Shown here: positions 61,537-64,000 of the stretch, one piece after another | Layout: each line of letters begins with the position of its first letter | Numbering within the stretch: position 1 is the first letter of the stretch | From: Vicinamibacteria bacterium | GTDB taxonomy: Bacteria > Acidobacteriota > Vicinamibacteria > Marinacidobacterales > Marinacidobacteraceae | Length of the DNA stretch: 64,000 nucleotides | Direction of reading: 5' to 3' | Assembly: GCA_965199715.1 (NCBI GenBank) | Contig: OZ241322.1 | Coordinates: 1,408,001-1,472,000 of the forward strand | The notes under the pieces: generated by a model | The model's database searches: none | What the model saw: the letters and a program-made list of their open reading frames with translations, nothing else | Told to the model about the DNA's origin: nothing | Program-made: the position numbers and the translations under genes

Positions 61537-63555
61537 ATGGTTCCCGGGAACCTCCTCGGGGACGAGACCAGCCCCTACCTGCTCCAGCACCGGGACAACC
61601 CGGTCCACTGGCGGCCGTGGGGCGACGCGGCCTTCGCCGAGGCCCGCGGGCGCGACGCGCCGGTGATGCTCTCGATCGGCTATTCGAGCTGCCACTGGTG
61701 CCACGTCATGGCTCACGAGTCCTTCGCGAGCGACGCGGTGGCCGCGATCCTCAACGAGCGGTTCGTCTCGGTGAAGGTGGACCGGGAGGAACGGCCCGAC
61801 GTGGACGAGATCTACATGGGCTTCGTGCAGGCGACCACCGGATCGGGCGGCTGGCCGCTGACCGCGTTCCTCGCCCCCGACCGGACGCCCTTCTTCGGCG
61901 GCACCTACTTCCCCCCCGACGACCAGTGGGGGCGGCCCGGCTTCCGGCGGGTGCTCCTCGCCGTGTCGGCCACGTGGCGGGACCCGGCGCGCCGGGCGGC
62001 CCTGCTGCGGAAGGGGGAGGGGCTGCTGGAGCGGCAGCGCCAGATGGCCGCGGTCCCCGGGTCTCCCGAGGCGATCGTCACCTCGGAGCCGGTCGAACGC
62101 GGCGTCCGGCAGTTGCTCGGCAACCACGACGCCCGCCACGGGGGATTCGGGCCGGCGCCCAAGTTCCCGCCGAGCCGACAGATCACCCTGCTGTTGCGCT
62201 CGGGGAATCCCGACGCGCTGGAGCCGGCGCTCGGGACGCTGCGGGCGATGGCGAACGGCGGCCTCCGCGACCAGATCGGCGGCGGCTTCCACCGCTACTC
62301 CACCGACGCCGAGTGGCTCGTCCCCCATTTCGAGAAGATGCTCTATGACAACGCGCTTCTCGTGCCGGTCTATGCGGCGGCGCACCGGATCCGGCCGGAG
62401 CCGCTCTTCGAGGAGGTCATCCGCAGCACGATCGGGTGGGCCGAGCGCGAGATGCGCGCTCCGGAAGGCGGCTGGCGGTCGGCGCTCGACGCCGATTCCG
62501 AGGGCGAGGAGGGCCGCTTCTACGTCTGGCGGCGCGCGGAGATCGACGCGCTCCTCGGCGAGGACGCGGAGCTCGCGGCCGCCGCCTGGGACGTCCGGCC
62601 CGAGGGCAATTGGGAAGGGCGGACCGTGCTCCGGCGCGTGCGTTCCGACATGGACGCCTCCCGCCTCGAGCGCGCCCGCGCGATCCTGCTGGCGGCGCGG
62701 GAGGAGCGCGAGCGGCCCGGTCTCGACGGGAAGGTCCTGCTCGGGTGGAACGCGCTTTGGATCAGCGCCCTCGCCCGGGCGCACCGGGCGCTCGGCGAAA
62801 CGGCCTGGATGCGCCTCGCGCAGGAGACCGGGCGCTTCGCGCTCGACCGGATGCGCTCCGGCGGGCGGTATCTGGCGGTCTGGGACGGGGTCCGGGCGCG
62901 GATTCCGGCGATGCTCGGCGACCACGCCTTTCTGCTGCGGGCGCTCATCGATCTCTACCGGAGCGATTTCGACGAGACGTGGCTCGCGGCCGCCGACGAG
63001 GTCGCGGACCTTCTGGCCGAGCGCTTCCGGTCGGCGGCCGGCGGGTTCCACACGGTGGCCGACGACCACGAGCCGCTGCCGGTGCGCACCCGCAACGGCT
63101 TCGACGGCGCGCTCCCCTCGGGGAACGCGGTCGCGGCGGAGTCCCTGCTGCGTCTTTCGGAGCTCACCGGCGCGCCGGAGCGCCGGCGGCTGGCGCGGGA
63201 AGTCATCACCGCCTTCCTCCCTCAACTGGCGGAGGCGCCGGCCGGCTTTCCGACGATGCTGACCGCGATCCTCGGATACCTGCGGGAGCCGGAGCAGCTC
63301 GTGGTCGTCGGGGAACCCGGCGACGCGCTGCGCGCGCTCTGGCGCGAGGCGGACGGGCTGGTCCTGCTCGCCGGTCCCGACGCCGCGTCGAGCGCGCTGC
63401 CGGCGCTGCGGGCGGCCGCTCAGGCGGCCGGCGACGGGCCGGCGTTCCTGCCCTGCCGGGGCGGGGTCTGCTCGTTGCCGCTGCGAAGTCTCGACGACGC
63501 CCGCCGCTGGCTCAGGGAGAGTTCTGGTTCCCCTGCGAGCGCATGTGGGCGATGA
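61537..63555 (+). CDS. Thioredoxin-domain protein YyaL/Ssp411
   Basis: [30 protein letters not shown]. Confidence 0.92.
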   Translation: MVPGNLLGDETSPYLLQHRDNPVHWRPWGDAAFAEARGRDAPVMLSIGYSSCHWCHVMAHESFASDAVAAILNERFVSVKVDREERPDVDEIYMGFVQATTGSGGWPLTAFLAPDRTPFFGGTYFPPDDQWGRPGFRRVLLAVSATWRDPARRAALLRKGEGLLERQRQMAAVPGSPEAIVTSEPVERGVRQLLGNHDARHGGFGPAPKFPPSRQITLLLRSGNPDALEPALGTLRAMANGGLRDQIGGGFHRYSTDAEWLVPHFEKMLYDNALLVPVYAAAHRIRPEPLFEEVIRSTIGWAEREMRAPEGGWRSALDADSEGEEGRFYVWRRAEIDALLGEDAELAAAAWDVRPEGNWEGRTVLRRVRSDMDASRLERARAILLAAREERERPGLDGKVLLGWNALWISALARAHRALGETAWMRLAQETGRFALDRMRSGGRYLAVWDGVRARIPAMLGDHAFLLRALIDLYRSDFDETWLAAADEVADLLAERFRSAAGGFHTVADDHEPLPVRTRNGFDGALPSGNAVAAESLLRLSELTGAPERRRLAREVITAFLPQLAEAPAGFPTMLTAILGYLREPEQLVVVGEPGDALRALWREADGLVLLAGPDAASSALPALRAAAQAAGDGPAFLPCRGGVCSLPLRSLDDARRWLRESSGSPASACGR

Positions 63556-63970
63556 GGTAGCCGAGCGAGACCAGTTCGAGCGCCACGCCGGCGCCCACGA
63601 GCGCCTTGGTGGGCGTGTCCCACGGCTGCCGGTTCCCATCCTGGTCCCAGCACTTGTTGTAGCCCTCGATTTCGAGCCCGGCCACGTTGTTGTTCTGGCC
63701 CTGGTTCCGACACGGGACCCACCGCCAGAGCGCGGCCCCCACGAAGGCGGCCAGCCCGCTGATCCCGAAGGCGAGCGCGCTGCGGCGCTTGTCGTCGTCC
63801 CCGATCAGGCCGGTCGTGATGTCGGCGGTGTTCTGCGCCCGGAACGCGCCGCTCGCGGCCGCGACCTCGGCCGCTTCCAGCAGCGAGACCCCGCTGGTCG
63901 CCGCCGCCCCCGCATGGAGGGGGGCGGCGAACACGCCGTAAATCAGAAGAACCGCGACGGCTCGCTTCAT
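63512..63970 (-). CDS. Hypothetical membrane protein with signal peptide
   Basis: [10 protein letters not shown]; two TM segments around a Cys pair. Confidence 0.6.
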   Translation of the reverse strand: MKRAVAVLLIYGVFAAPLHAGAAATSGVSLLEAAEVAAASGAFRAQNTADITTGLIGDDDKRRSALAFGISGLAAFVGAALWRWVPCRNQGQNNNVAGLEIEGYNKCWDQDGNRQPWDTPTKALVGAGVALELVSLGYLIAHMRSQGNQNSP

Positions 63971-64000
63971 GGTGAGGAACTCCCTTGCGACCCGCCGCCC

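Overview
Very GC-rich, gene-dense bacterial chromosome segment. Acidobacteriota-like and possibly host-associated, inferred from gene content only. It holds about 57 CDS, 5 tRNAs and 2 pseudogenes; no CRISPR, rRNA, transposase or integrase was seen. Recognisable modules: (1) a quinohemoprotein amine dehydrogenase (qhpA-D-C-B-F-E) operon with a variant gamma subunit and no qhpG; (2) an ElbD-type ether-lipid cluster next to fabH, a lipid kinase and a CDP-alcohol transferase, with ino1 nearby; (3) an ArsS radical SAM/AhpD pair; (4) the amidase-GerMN-rph-rdgB-tRNA housekeeping block. Best candidates for undescribed biology: a three-gene exported module at 47969-51044 (Ig-repeat protein, Tat alkaline-phosphatase-fold protein, Tat zinc-ribbon peptide); a membrane coiled-coil plus vWA-lipoprotein pair; a ferredoxin plus Cys-motif protein pair; a circularly permuted Tat D-amino-acid oxidase; and a QhpC with a possible fourth thioether bridge. 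The window also shows recurrent CTG starts at CTGA overlaps and many leaderless-type promoters. All family calls come from motif recognition by eye, not database searches.
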